Origin: Escherichia phage moskry
DNA: 64,000 bases
Strand: one strand, 5' to 3'
Sequence record: MN850651.1
Positions 13,572 through 22,870 of this stretch are shown here, piece by piece. The stretch's first letter is position 1; each line of letters begins with the position of its first letter. The notes beneath the pieces were generated by a model. That model ran no database searches and had not been told where the DNA came from. It saw nothing but the letters and a program-made list of their open reading frames with translations. Both the position numbers and the translations under genes were made by a program.

Positions 13572-13841
13572 TTATTTCTGTGCAATTTTGATGTAAGTTT
13601 TCAAAATATTTTGCCAATTAGGCATACCTTCTTGGATATATGCTGGAGAACCGTCTTTGTTTTTGAATGATGCAAGTTTATCAGTGGCCCAATAACCTTT
13701 AGCTCGAGCTTCAGAATCAACTTTCATCCATACTTTGTTGAAGGCATTACCATTAACTTTTGCACCATATTTTTCTACTAACTTAACTGCTTCAGCTTCC
13801 AGAACTTTTAAAGTATCTCGTAAGAAACGTGCTTTAGTCAT
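13572..13841 (-). CDS. Hypothetical small early protein at the position of T4 segD
   Basis: 89 aa minus-strand ORF inside the plus-strand late block; ATG preceded by GAGGAG; own early-type promoter upstream and hairpin downstream; no recognisable motif. Confidence 0.7.
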   Translation of the reverse strand: MTKARFLRDTLKVLEAEAVKLVEKYGAKVNGNAFNKVWMKVDSEARAKGYWATDKLASFKNKDGSPAYIQEGMPNWQNILKTYIKIAQK

Positions 13842-13869
13842 TTTGTTTACTCCTCTGTAGTTGATAAGT

Positions 13870-13901
13870 CTATAGTATCATATACCAAATACGTTGTAAA
13901 C
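13870..13901 (-). promoter_or_regulatory. Early-type promoter (GTTTAC-N17/18-TACTATAG) for the small gene between 23 and 24
   Basis: Minus strand reads GTTTAC aacgtatttggtatatga TACTATAG; same architecture recurs at 8 other loci. Confidence 0.6.
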
Positions 13902-13907
13902 AATCTT

Positions 13908-13915
13908 TATAAATA
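13908..13915 (+). promoter_or_regulatory. Late promoter TATAAATA upstream of gene 24
   Basis: Exact TATAAATA about 28 nt upstream of ATG. Confidence 0.7.
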
Positions 13916-13942
13916 ATCTATATCACATAAGGAAAAAATGCA

Positions 13943-15226
13943 ATGAGTAAAATCCAAAAATTATTGCGTGAATCTACAACGTCTACTAGCAACTCAATTG
14001 GTCGCCCAAATCTCGTTGCTTTGACTCGCGCTACGACTAAATTAATATATTCTGACATTGTAGCAACACAAAGAACTAATCAACCTGTTGCTGCTTTTTA
14101 TGGTATCAAATATCTTAACCCAGATAACGAATTCACATTTAAAACTGGCGCTACTTATGCGGGTGAAGCTGGATACGTAGACCGAGAAAAAATTACTGAG
14201 CTCACAGAAGAATCAAAAGTCACACTAAATAAAGGCGATTTTTTCAAATATAATAATATCGTCTATAAAGTGTTAGAAGATACACCATTTGCAGATATTC
14301 AAGAAAGTGATCTAGAATTAGCTCTTCAGATTGCAGTCGTTCATTTAAAGGTACGGTTATTTTCAGATGCAGCGGTAACAAGCAAATTTGAAAGCTCTGA
14401 TAGCGAAATTTCTGATGCAAGATTCCAGATTAATAAATGGCAAACTTCAGTCAAATCTCGTAAACTTAAAACTGGTCTCACGGTTGAATTAGCGCAAGAT
14501 TTGGAAGCGAATGGATTTGATGCCCCTAACTTCTTAGAAGATTTGCTTGCTACTGAAATGGCAGATGAAATTAATAAAGATATTCTTCAGTCTTTAATTA
14601 CTGTATCGAAACGTTATAAAGTTACTGGAATTACTGACACTGGATTTATTGACTTGAGCTATGCGTCAGCTCCAGAAGCAGGTCGTTCATTATATCGAAT
14701 GGTGTGTGAAATGGTATCACACATTCAAAAAGAGACAACTTATACTGCAACGTTTTGTGTAGCCTCAGCTCGTGCAGCTGCTATTCTTGCTGCTTCTGGT
14801 TGGTTAAAACATAAGCCAGAAGATGACAAGTATCTTTCACAAAATGCTTATGGATTCTTGGCAAATGGATTACCTCTTTACTGCGATACCAACAGCCCGT
14901 TAGATTATGTTATTGTGGGTGTTGTAGAAAATCTCGGCGAAAAAGAAATTGTAGGGTCCATCTTTTATGCTCCATACACTGAAGGAGTAGATTTAGATGA
15001 CCCAGAACATGTCGGTGCTTTTAAAGTTGTAGTTGATCCAGAAAGCTTGCAACCGTCTATCGGATTATTGGTTAGATATGCTTTATCAGCAAATCCTTAC
15101 ACAGTAGCAAAAGACGAAAAAGAAGCGAGAATAATTGATGGTGGGGACATGGATAAAATGGCAGGACGTTCAGACTTGTCTGTTTTACTCGGTGTTAAAT
15201 TGCCTAAAATTATTATAGATGAATAA
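13943..15226 (+). CDS. 24: Capsid vertex protein gp24
   Basis: 427 aa, same length as T4 gp24; gp23-like fold region. Confidence 0.95.
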   Translation: MSKIQKLLRESTTSTSNSIGRPNLVALTRATTKLIYSDIVATQRTNQPVAAFYGIKYLNPDNEFTFKTGATYAGEAGYVDREKITELTEESKVTLNKGDFFKYNNIVYKVLEDTPFADIQESDLELALQIAVVHLKVRLFSDAAVTSKFESSDSEISDARFQINKWQTSVKSRKLKTGLTVELAQDLEANGFDAPNFLEDLLATEMADEINKDILQSLITVSKRYKVTGITDTGFIDLSYASAPEAGRSLYRMVCEMVSHIQKETTYTATFCVASARAAAILAASGWLKHKPEDDKYLSQNAYGFLANGLPLYCDTNSPLDYVIVGVVENLGEKEIVGSIFYAPYTEGVDLDDPEHVGAFKVVVDPESLQPSIGLLVRYALSANPYTVAKDEKEARIIDGGDMDKMAGRSDLSVLLGVKLPKIIIDE

Positions 15227-15238
15227 ACAAAAAAAAAA

Positions 15239-15254
15239 GGGACCTTACGGTCCC
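15239..15254. terminator. Bidirectional terminator between gene 24 (+) and rnlB (-)
   Basis: A10-GGGACC-ttac-GGTCCC-T5. Confidence 0.8.
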
Positions 15255-15261
15255 TTTTTCG

Positions 15262-16260
15262 TTATGATACTAATTCAATCCATGCAGGACGCAGAACATC
15301 TTGCACCATTCTGACTAATTCTTTCTTAACAAGATTCGGATTATCAGATGATGTTAATACAATACCTTCACGAGAAGTTTCTTCCAGAATATCTTGAACA
15401 GTCAATCCCATCACTTTGCCAAAATCTTTTGGCGTTACAGTCCCAATCTTAGAAATCACATTATTAATACGATTTAATGTAACATAACAAGCTAGAACAT
15501 CAAGCAAGTTTTTGTCAGTTTCGGTTAATGGAACCTGAGTTTTAATAGGCTTATCAGACTTTTTCTTTTCACTGAATTTAGAGTTCTTGCACTTAATAGC
15601 TACACGAGTACCGTTTGGCAGCCATTTAGGGAAACAGGGCTTCAGAACATAACCTTCTGCCGTATTATCGCCAATAACATTAGCATCAAATACGCAATTA
15701 TTTGCTTCGACAAGGTCTTCCGATGCCGTGGCGTTATAAGCGGCTAAGACGGAATCAAGGTCATTTGGAATCATGATAAGAGAATCAAATGTTCCACGTC
15801 CAAGCATTGGTGCCATTTTAAAACCGAATTCATTACAGAAATCTTGCATTTCGTAATCGGTCAAATACGTATTATCACCACTTTCTGTATTGATAAGGAT
15901 ATCGAACACGTAAAAATCTTTTTCACCGTAGTCAACACCTTTCTGGATTCCACCACCAGCGAATTCACCGAATACTTGATATGATACGGCTCGAGCTGTG
16001 TACATGAATTCCTGAACGGCTTTAATAGCTTTATCATACTTCTTGAGTATGATTTCATAACCATAAAAATCTTCTGCTGGAAGAATAGGGCCTGTGCGCT
16101 TGGCGCATGTGACGTTGTCACGTTCAATTATTAACGAGAAGTTAGTCCCATGGATTTTCTCACGTGCTACCCAAACACCAGTAGTCAAACCATTAGTGTA
16201 GAGTTTTTCAATAAACTTAGAGTTGTAGTGGTTTTCAAGACTGCTGTATTTCTTAAACAT
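15262..16260 (-). CDS. rnlB: RNA ligase 2 (Rnl2)
   Basis: 332 aa; [20 protein letters not shown] and KIHGTNFS ligase motif I; T4 RnlB 334 aa. Confidence 0.93.
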   Translation of the reverse strand: MFKKYSSLENHYNSKFIEKLYTNGLTTGVWVAREKIHGTNFSLIIERDNVTCAKRTGPILPAEDFYGYEIILKKYDKAIKAVQEFMYTARAVSYQVFGEFAGGGIQKGVDYGEKDFYVFDILINTESGDNTYLTDYEMQDFCNEFGFKMAPMLGRGTFDSLIMIPNDLDSVLAAYNATASEDLVEANNCVFDANVIGDNTAEGYVLKPCFPKWLPNGTRVAIKCKNSKFSEKKKSDKPIKTQVPLTETDKNLLDVLACYVTLNRINNVISKIGTVTPKDFGKVMGLTVQDILEETSREGIVLTSSDNPNLVKKELVRMVQDVLRPAWIELVS

Positions 16261-16379
16261 AAATCACCATTATAAATAATAATATCAAAATAATTAGCAG
16301 AGACTCTGTCTCCGACCAGATGTTTAATTTGAATGGATAGAACCTAGATTCATTATACCATCAAAAAATGTAAAGCATA

Positions 16380-16631
16380 TTAGAACTTGATTTCTATCCA
16401 ATGACCATCACGCTGGTCGTGATTAATTTTATACTGAAAGCCATTATCACGTAACCACTGCCCGACTTGCTCAGTGATAGTTAAATCATTCTTTGACGGA
16501 TAGTATGTAAATTGTGTCTGGCCTTTATCAGCGGCTTTCTCTGCCATCACAGAGAAGTTAGTAATAAAATCACTCAACAAATTAGCTTTAGTGGCCAGAG
16601 CCCTTTCTCTTAATTCCTGTGCAAAACTCAT
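16380..16631 (-). CDS. Hypothetical protein (T4 24.2/24.3 region)
   Basis: 83 aa ORF with ATG start, between rnlB and hoc as in T4. Confidence 0.7.
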   Translation of the reverse strand: MSFAQELRERALATKANLLSDFITNFSVMAEKAADKGQTQFTYYPSKNDLTITEQVGQWLRDNGFQYKINHDQRDGHWIEIKF

Positions 16632-16822
16632 TTCTTCACCTTTTTGTTAATCAAACGTTTACGGTATACAACTTTTTCTTTTGCTTTAAACTTTGACCGA
16701 GCTGTCTCGGCTTTAGTCCATAGTAATCCAACTTCTTTAGGTTGTAAACCGATTTTTTGAGCAATTTCTACGAATGAAAATCCCGCCTCATGTAATGTAT
16801 AAACTTCAACTTCAGCTCTCAT
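16628..16822 (-). CDS. Small putative HTH DNA-binding protein (T4 24.3 region)
   Basis: Track ORF begins with TTG at 16828; first ATG two codons in (16822); HTH-like EAGFSFVEIAQKIGL; basic C-terminus. Confidence 0.6.
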   Translation of the reverse strand: MRAEVEVYTLHEAGFSFVEIAQKIGLQPKEVGLLWTKAETARSKFKAKEKVVYRKRLINKKVKK

Positions 16823-16901
16823 AATCAATCCCGTATTATTTGGTTTGTGCCATTATATACATCAATCTCAAGATGTGTTTTGTATGCTTTAAAAACGAAG
16901 A

Positions 16902-16919
16902 AAGGGGCCGAAGCCCCTT
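16902..16919 (-). terminator. Terminator hairpin after hoc
   Basis: Minus sense AAGGGGC-UUCG-GCCCCUU followed by U-rich tract. Confidence 0.7.
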
Positions 16920-16921
16920 GA

Positions 16922-18340
16922 TTATGGATATGTATAGATGATACCAGTTTCCAAAGCAGTTTTATGGATGATGTATCCATTACGTGATTCTTGAACATCA
17001 ACTTCTGGATAATCTTTCATCATCTTCTGAAGAGTGTAACGATGCAGGTAGTATTTACTATCTGGATCTTCAGTTTTCCAATCTTTACCTTCTTCAGTCA
17101 TTTTTTGGATTTCATCCATAACCCACCATCCGCACCAGATGTAAGCTGAAGTACGATGTGGAAGAGGATGAACATAAGGTAATTCACCTTCTGGTTCTGG
17201 AGCAACTTTATCGGTTACCTGAACTTGACCTTCTGCTGTAATAGTTTTGCTATCGTAATCAGTTGCAGTAATAGTTGCAGTAACTTCAATAGTTTGACTT
17301 CCAATAGATGAGGTATCAACGGTATATACATTAGTTGACCCTTCTACAGGAGAAGAATCTTTCTTCCATGAATACTCAATTTGCGCTTCTTCTGGAGCAT
17401 CAGTGACATTAGCGGTAAATGTAGCCGAAGCATCTTGCTGAACGTTAATAGAAGGAGGAGTCAATGTAACCCGTGGATTCATTGTCTTCTTATTAACCGT
17501 TAATGATACTTCATTCGAAGTAACTTCCTTTGCATCATAATCTGTCGCGGTTACTTGGGCTACACATTTAATTCTTTTTACCCCGCTTGTAGTCGGAGTA
17601 TAGCTAAATGTAGAGTTAGTTTCTCCACCAACCTGTGAATCATCTACATACCACTGATACGTAGCAGACGCTCCAACCGGTTGAGAAGCTAAGGCAGCAG
17701 TAAATTGAACTGGGGTTCCAATTACTCCGGCTGAAGGACTATTGGGAGTTACTGCCAACGTAGTTGTCTGTGTCTTTTTATTAACAGTCAGTGACACTTC
17801 ATTAGAAGTAACGCTTAGTGCGTCATAATCTGTTGCGGTTACTTGAGCCACACACTTAATTCTTTTTACCCCGCTTTCGGCAGGAGTGTAATTGAACGTA
17901 GCGTTAGTTGCTTCACCAACAGGAGAATCATCTACATACCATTGATAAGTAGCGTTTGCGCCTGATGGCTGCGAAGCTAAAGCGGCAGTAAATTGAATAG
18001 CTGTTCCTATTACTCCAGCGTCAGGGCTATTAGGAGTTACAGCTAAGGTAGTCGTTTGTGTCTTGTTTTGAACTGTGATAGTTGTAGTAGCTTCTGCTGT
18101 TTCAGCTTCAGCTTCTGGAACTGTATTTGTTGCAACTACTTTAATAGTCTTTTGACCGGCAGGTCCTTTTAGTACATAACTAAAAGTTGCTTCAGCTCCA
18201 TCTTGTGGAACATCATCCACAGACCAAGCATATGTAATAGGTCCATCTCCAGTTTGACCACTGGGTGTAGCAGTAAACTGCTTAGTCTCATCTATAACTC
18301 CAGTAGGTGTTTTAGGAGTTATATCAACTGTAAAAGCCAT
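16922..18340 (-). CDS. hoc: Hoc highly immunogenic outer capsid protein, 4 Ig-like domains
   Basis: 472 aa; Ig-like repeat units; T4 Hoc is 376 aa (3 Ig domains + capsid-binding domain); here one extra 96-aa domain. Confidence 0.9.
   Translation of the reverse strand: MAFTVDITPKTPTGVIDETKQFTATPSGQTGDGPITYAWSVDDVPQDGAEATFSYVLKGPAGQKTIKVVATNTVPEAEAETAEATTTITVQNKTQTTTLAVTPNSPDAGVIGTAIQFTAALASQPSGANATYQWYVDDSPVGEATNATFNYTPAESGVKRIKCVAQVTATDYDALSVTSNEVSLTVNKKTQTTTLAVTPNSPSAGVIGTPVQFTAALASQPVGASATYQWYVDDSQVGGETNSTFSYTPTTSGVKRIKCVAQVTATDYDAKEVTSNEVSLTVNKKTMNPRVTLTPPSINVQQDASATFTANVTDAPEEAQIEYSWKKDSSPVEGSTNVYTVDTSSIGSQTIEVTATITATDYDSKTITAEGQVQVTDKVAPEPEGELPYVHPLPHRTSAYIWCGWWVMDEIQKMTEEGKDWKTEDPDSKYYLHRYTLQKMMKDYPEVDVQESRNGYIIHKTALETGIIYTYP
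17489..18064 (-). repeat. Tandem direct duplication (2 x approx. 288 bp) inside hoc, each encoding one Ig-like domain
   Basis: Protein residues approx. 93-188 and 189-284 are near-identical (KTQTTTLAVTPNSP...VSLTVNK); corresponding DNA segments clearly similar by eye. Confidence 0.85.
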
Positions 18341-18349
18341 AACTTATCC

Positions 18350-19018
18350 TTATTTTAATGTTACGAAAGAAGAATTACGAGTTTCACGAATTAGAACTGA
18401 TCCATCGCGATTAATATAATAAATTAAGCTAAATAATGTTTGGTGAGCAGAAGCATGCACAAAACTAGTTGGGCGAGATTTCCAATCTGGGGTTTCGGCT
18501 ATCCATTGATAAATCCACCAAGGAACAGTAACATATCCTGGGCCTTTGCCTAATTTAATGAGTGTAGGACTAAAATTTTCAGGCAGAACAAATTTTACTT
18601 CTTTATTTACCTCTGGTTCAGGCTCTTTTTCGGATTCAACAATCTGAGTAATTGCTTCTTCGAATTTATCATGGTCGAATTCTTTTTCTTGTTCGACAAC
18701 TTCTAATACTTCAACTTGTTCTGTTGGAGAATCAAACAACAGAATAGCTTCTTCTTTAACTTCTTCGTTGGTGAAATTAACACCGTCCACATCATCTGCG
18801 GCAGTAATTAAATCGGTGATAGATAATCCATCAGTTTCAGGTAATGGTTCATCAGCCAGTGCGTTAAGAGCTTCTTCGATATCAATAACAATATTATCGA
18901 ATGATTTTGTTTTCTTAACACTAATGCCAAATTGTTCCGCGTATTCAAACAGTTTAGCTTTGGCTTCCTTTTTATCAGAAAGAGCACGTAACTCTTCAAT
19001 ATAGTCTTTATCGATCAT
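18350..19018 (-). CDS. inh: Inh, inhibitor of prohead protease
   Basis: 222 aa; C-terminal FVHASAHQTLFSLIYYINRDGSVLIRETRNSSFVTLK; position upstream of hoc as in T4 (Inh 226 aa). Confidence 0.85.
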   Translation of the reverse strand: MIDKDYIEELRALSDKKEAKAKLFEYAEQFGISVKKTKSFDNIVIDIEEALNALADEPLPETDGLSITDLITAADDVDGVNFTNEEVKEEAILLFDSPTEQVEVLEVVEQEKEFDHDKFEEAITQIVESEKEPEPEVNKEVKFVLPENFSPTLIKLGKGPGYVTVPWWIYQWIAETPDWKSRPTSFVHASAHQTLFSLIYYINRDGSVLIRETRNSSFVTLK

Positions 19019-19031
19019 GGTATTTCCTCAT

Positions 19032-19039
19032 TATAAATA
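19032..19039 (+). promoter_or_regulatory. Late promoter TATAAATA upstream of uvsW
   Basis: Exact TATAAATA about 30 nt upstream of uvsW ATG in the divergent inh/uvsW intergenic region. Confidence 0.7.
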
Positions 19040-19068
19040 TAACTATATTTATTACATGGTAATTTGAC

Positions 19069-20583
19069 ATGACTGACATTAAAGTACATTTTCATGATTT
19101 TAGTCACGTGCGCATTGAATGCGACGAAAGTACGTTTTACGAACTTCGTGACTTTTTTAGCTTTGAAGCTGACGGGTATAAATTTAACCCAAAATATCGC
19201 TATGGGCAATGGGATGGTAGAATTCGACTTTTAGATTACAATCGTTTGTTACCATATGGACTTGTAGGTCAAATAAAAAAGTTCTGTAACAATATGAGTT
19301 ATTCTGTATGGATTGACCCTAAAATCTTTGAGACTGAAGACCTTACCAGGGAAGATTTTGACGCATGGCTTTCTAAACAAGAAATTTATTCTGGCAACGC
19401 CAAAATTGAACCACATTGGTATCAAAAAGATGCAGTATATGAAGGACTAGTTAATCGTCGTCGAATTTTAAACCTTCCAACATCAGCAGGTAAATCACTA
19501 ATCCAAGCACTTTTAGCTCGATATTATCTAGAGAACTATGAAGGTAAAATTCTCATTATCGTCCCTACAACGGCATTGACAACTCAGATGGCTAATGATT
19601 TTGTTGATTATCGCTTGTTTAGTCATTCGATGATTAAGAAAATTGGCGGTGGTGCTGATAAAGCGGACAGAGCTAAAAACGACGCTCCAATTATTGTTGG
19701 CACATGGCAAACGGTAGTTAAGCAGCCTAAAGAATGGTTCTCTCAGTTCGGTATGATGATGAACGATGAATGCCACTTAGCAACAGGCAAAAGTATTTCT
19801 TCAATCATCTCAGGATTAAATAATTGCATGTTTAAATTCGGTTTATCCGGCTCATTAAGAGACGGAAAAGCCAATGTAATGCAGTATGTAGGCATGTTCG
19901 GCGAAATCTTCCGTCCTGTTAGCACGTCTAAATTAATGGAAGATGGACAGGTAACTGAGCTTAAGATTAATAGTATTTTCCTTCGTTATCCAGATGAATT
20001 CGCCATTAAATTAAAAGGTAAAACATACCAAGAAGAAGTTAAAATTATTACCGGACTAAAACGTCGTACAAAGTGGATTGCTCAACTTTCAGTCAAATTG
20101 GCTAAGAAAGACGAGAACGCCTTTGTAATGTTTAAACACGTTACACACGGTAAAGAAATATTTGAAGCTATTAAAGAGCTTGGATACGAAAAAGTTTATT
20201 ACGTATCAGGTGAAGTTGATACTGAAACACGTAACGCGCTTAAAGTCATGGCAGAAAATGGTAAAGGCATTATTATTGTCGCATCATACGGAGTATTCTC
20301 TACTGGTATTTCAGTCAAGAATCTTCATCATGTTATTTTTGCTCATGGTGTTAAATCAAAAATTATCGTACTTCAAACCGTAGGTCGTGTGCTTCGTAAG
20401 CACGGTTCTAAAGCTGTTGCTACAGTTTGGGATCTCATAGATGACGCAGGTGTAAAACCTAAATCATTAAATACTAAAAAGAAGTATACTCATCTTAATT
20501 ACTTGTTAAAACACGGTATTGATCGTATCCAACGTTACGCTGATGAGAAATTTAACTATGTAATGAAAACAATTAATTTATAA
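19069..20583 (+). CDS. uvsW: UvsW RNA-DNA/DNA-DNA helicase
   Basis: 504 aa; SF2 helicase motifs (PTSAGKS, DECH); T4 UvsW 503 aa. Confidence 0.93.
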   Translation: MTDIKVHFHDFSHVRIECDESTFYELRDFFSFEADGYKFNPKYRYGQWDGRIRLLDYNRLLPYGLVGQIKKFCNNMSYSVWIDPKIFETEDLTREDFDAWLSKQEIYSGNAKIEPHWYQKDAVYEGLVNRRRILNLPTSAGKSLIQALLARYYLENYEGKILIIVPTTALTTQMANDFVDYRLFSHSMIKKIGGGADKADRAKNDAPIIVGTWQTVVKQPKEWFSQFGMMMNDECHLATGKSISSIISGLNNCMFKFGLSGSLRDGKANVMQYVGMFGEIFRPVSTSKLMEDGQVTELKINSIFLRYPDEFAIKLKGKTYQEEVKIITGLKRRTKWIAQLSVKLAKKDENAFVMFKHVTHGKEIFEAIKELGYEKVYYVSGEVDTETRNALKVMAENGKGIIIVASYGVFSTGISVKNLHHVIFAHGVKSKIIVLQTVGRVLRKHGSKAVATVWDLIDDAGVKPKSLNTKKKYTHLNYLLKHGIDRIQRYADEKFNYVMKTINL

Positions 20584-20597
20584 GGGCTTCGGCCCTT
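20582..20597 (+). terminator. Hairpin after uvsW (UUCG tetraloop), directly before the uvsW.1 RBS
   Basis: AAGGGC-TTCG-GCCCTT; no U-run, so more likely an RNA-stability or partial terminator element. Confidence 0.45.
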
Positions 20598-20608
20598 AGG
20601 AGATAAAA

Positions 20609-20839
20609 ATGGTACTTGAATTTAAACAATTTTTATACGAAGCATCTATTGACGAATTCATGGGTAAAATTGCTAGTTGTCATACCTTAGAAGGGCTTGA
20701 AGAATTGGAAGCTTATTATAAGAAACGTATAAAAGAAACGGAATTAAAAGATACAGATGATATTTCTGTCAGGGATGCCTTAGCAGGTAAGCGTGCCGAA
20801 CTTGAAGGCGATGATGAGGATGTGGAAGAAGACTTCTAA
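20609..20839 (+). CDS. uvsW.1: UvsW.1 helicase accessory protein
   Basis: 76 aa, same length as T4 UvsW.1; acidic C-terminus. Confidence 0.85.
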   Translation: MVLEFKQFLYEASIDEFMGKIASCHTLEGLEELEAYYKKRIKETELKDTDDISVRDALAGKRAELEGDDEDVEEDF

Positions 20840-20842
20840 TTA

Positions 20843-20876
20843 AAAAAAGGCCCGACCTTTTTGGAAGGGCCAAAAA
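20843..20876. terminator. Bidirectional terminator-like hairpin between uvsW.1 (+) and the uvsY.-2-like gene (-)
   Basis: A7-GGCCC...GGGCC-A5, flanked by A/T runs on both sides. Confidence 0.5.
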
Positions 20877-20897
20877 CCATAGGCAAAAAAGGTAACA

Positions 20898-21065
20898 CTA
20901 TAGTAAAAGTTGGGTTTCGTTCAATTGCTCTTCTGAACTTTCTGAAACCGGCAATTGTTGGACATAATTATAACAAGGACCAGGATGTGCTGGACCTTTG
21001 TCTGTTTCAACAACCAATGCAGAATCGATTGGAGTTTTACAGACAACACAAATCTTATCTGACAT
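20898..21065 (-). CDS. Small zinc-ribbon-like protein (uvsY.-2 position), 55 aa
   Basis: Not in ORF track (below 60 aa). ATG preceded by AGGAGG; MSDKICVVCKTPID...HPGPCYNY has CxxC...C pattern; opposite-strand track ORF 20861..21067 judged spurious. Confidence 0.7.
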   Translation of the reverse strand: MSDKICVVCKTPIDSALVVETDKGPAHPGPCYNYVQQLPVSESSEEQLNETQLLL

Positions 21066-21094
21066 GATTGCCTCCTAAGTTGAAATTACATATC

Positions 21095-21102
21095 TATTTA
21101 TA
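21095..21102 (-). promoter_or_regulatory. Late promoter (TATAAATA on minus strand) upstream of the small uvsY.-2-like gene
   Basis: Plus strand reads TATTTATA about 30 nt upstream (minus sense) of the AGGAGG-ATG. Confidence 0.55.
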
Positions 21103-21322
21103 CCACTCGCATGCACATATCGATACCCATATCTTTTGTATAAAAATACTCGTCGATGTACCCAGCAAACTTCCCTTTAATATAAAGGACGTCTTCGCCA
21201 CAAGGATGGTCTGCCAGGATACGAATATCCTGACGACGTAGACGATACTTTTCCATTAAGAATTTAATTTCAGTTTCAAATTCTTCATCATTATTAAAGG
21301 CATCTTCAATTGAATAACGCAT
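21098..21322 (-). CDS. Hypothetical protein (uvsY.-1 position)
   Basis: 74 aa ORF with ATG start, directly downstream of uvsY. Confidence 0.75.
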   Translation of the reverse strand: MRYSIEDAFNNDEEFETEIKFLMEKYRLRRQDIRILADHPCGEDVLYIKGKFAGYIDEYFYTKDMGIDMCMRVV

Positions 21323-21735
21323 TATTGCCCCGCTTCAAATTCTCGCATATCCTGGATATGTTTAAGTGCAAAACTACGAGATTTAACTGCGTCAAGTGCA
21401 CCACTACAGAACTCAAGTAAAATTCCCCAGTATTGTAAAGTAGTCTCTATTTTAAGCACATCTTTATCTGCAGCCAGGACAGTTTTCATTTCAGATTTCT
21501 CGTATCGGTCCATACTGAATTCATCACCATCACCTCGTCCCGAGTAGTAGTCTAATCTCGCTTTTAGAGCAGTTTTCTTCTGAGTCTCTATACGCAACAT
21601 TTCTTTACGAATAAATGAGTGCTTACGTAACCATTTGCTGTATAACTTAACATTATTCGCCGTCTCGTATTGCAACTTTGTCGTATCAATAACTAAGTCT
21701 GCGTCTAACTCTTCCTGTAAATCTTCCAGCTTCAT
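21322..21735 (-). CDS. uvsY: UvsY recombination mediator
   Basis: Track ORF is 164 aa; internal start MKLEDLQEEL gives 137 aa matching T4 UvsY length and N-terminus. Confidence 0.9.
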   Translation of the reverse strand: MKLEDLQEELDADLVIDTTKLQYETANNVKLYSKWLRKHSFIRKEMLRIETQKKTALKARLDYYSGRGDGDEFSMDRYEKSEMKTVLAADKDVLKIETTLQYWGILLEFCSGALDAVKSRSFALKHIQDMREFEAGQ

Positions 21736-21815
21736 AATATTCTCTCTTTTAACTAATAATCTCCCGGCTGTATCGGAAGGACCTAAAACCATTATACATA
21801 GGTTGCCTTGAAGCA

Positions 21816-22214
21816 TTACACTCTATTGCTTGATGCTAACTGAAGTTTGATTTGTTCGATATCATCAGGGTTATCTACGACCGAAAATCTAATCTCTACT
21901 ATAACTGTATAGTCATCATATACTGGCGTTACACTTACAGAAAGTTTGTCGATGCGCGGCTCATAGTTACGGACGGCTGCCTGGATATTACGCTCAATCG
22001 TATCGGCTGTAAGTGGTGACATGTTCTCGAAAAGTTCATCAACCAAATCGCATCCAAATTCAGGGTCGAAGGGGCGTGAGCCTTTTCTAGTTGTCACTAT
22101 GCCAAGAAGACTATTTTTAATAGAACGAAGTCCTACAGAACGAGCAACGTCCTTGTTCCAATCCATACGCATTTCTGGGTCGATATCTGAATAAAGTTTA
22201 TTGATATTAGACAT
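21816..22214 (-). CDS. 25: Baseplate wedge protein gp25
   Basis: 132 aa as in T4; MSNINKLYSDIDPEMRMDWNKDVARSVG. Confidence 0.95.
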   Translation of the reverse strand: MSNINKLYSDIDPEMRMDWNKDVARSVGLRSIKNSLLGIVTTRKGSRPFDPEFGCDLVDELFENMSPLTADTIERNIQAAVRNYEPRIDKLSVSVTPVYDDYTVIVEIRFSVVDNPDDIEQIKLQLASSNRV

Positions 22215-22840
22215 TATAGTAACTCAAAGAATTCTTTGAGGCCTCGTATTGTGTGAACGTGTGACGCCCCACATTTGGGACATTTAATAGGGGTTGCCAG
22301 ATAAATTGATGGCGACACCAAAAGATTTTTAATATTGATCATATCATCTTCTGTTATAAGGCCGTAAAGGTCGTTTATTTCTGCTTCAGTTAAATCTTCA
22401 ACAGCGATGGACTCTCCATTTACAAAAACGGCCTCAATACATGAAGCAATCATTAATGCGATATTTTTATCGTCAAATAATTTAGGTTGACGGAACTTAA
22501 TTTTAATACCACTAAACGAATACCAGGGATCGGCCTGTTCATCTAATTGAGTGTGCAATAAATTCATATAGACTTGAAATGAATGCCCACAGGAACAATT
22601 CCAGGTGTGTTCTTGATTCACTTCACCTAACGAATGTGCCCACAGATTTACCAACAATAACTCGGCTTCTTGTTTAGTCAAGTTTTTAGCGTTAGAGCAA
22701 TTAGTGATAATATTGTTCACTGCTGATTCAATAGTACCGGTAGCCCGCGCACCTATGAGTCCTAAATATTCTTTTAAAGTAAAGGCTCTACAATTCACTT
22801 CTTTATCGCCTAAACGTACGGTAAACGTATATTTGTACAT
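22214..22840 (-). CDS. 26: Baseplate hub protein gp26
   Basis: 208 aa as in T4 gp26; divergent from gene 51. Confidence 0.9.
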   Translation of the reverse strand: MYKYTFTVRLGDKEVNCRAFTLKEYLGLIGARATGTIESAVNNIITNCSNAKNLTKQEAELLLVNLWAHSLGEVNQEHTWNCSCGHSFQVYMNLLHTQLDEQADPWYSFSGIKIKFRQPKLFDDKNIALMIASCIEAVFVNGESIAVEDLTEAEINDLYGLITEDDMINIKNLLVSPSIYLATPIKCPKCGASHVHTIRGLKEFFELL

Positions 22841-22858
22841 GTTAACTCCTTTATTGTG

Positions 22859-22870
22859 TATTTATAAATA
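22859..22870. promoter_or_regulatory. Overlapping divergent late promoters between genes 26 and 51
   Basis: Palindrome TATTTATAAATA supplies TATAAATA on both strands, one toward gene 51 and one toward gene 26. Confidence 0.65.

Noticed and set aside
16271-16278. Plus-strand TATAAATA next to the rnlB start
   Set aside because: No plus-strand gene lies downstream (the next genes are minus-strand), so it is most likely a chance match in AT-rich sequence. An antisense late transcript cannot be excluded.
20861-21067. Plus-strand 68-aa ORF from the track between uvsW.1 and the uvsY genes
   Set aside because: The opposite strand encodes a 55-aa ORF with a perfect AGGAGG Shine-Dalgarno, a late promoter and a zinc-ribbon-like CxxC pattern, in the orientation of the neighbouring uvsY genes.
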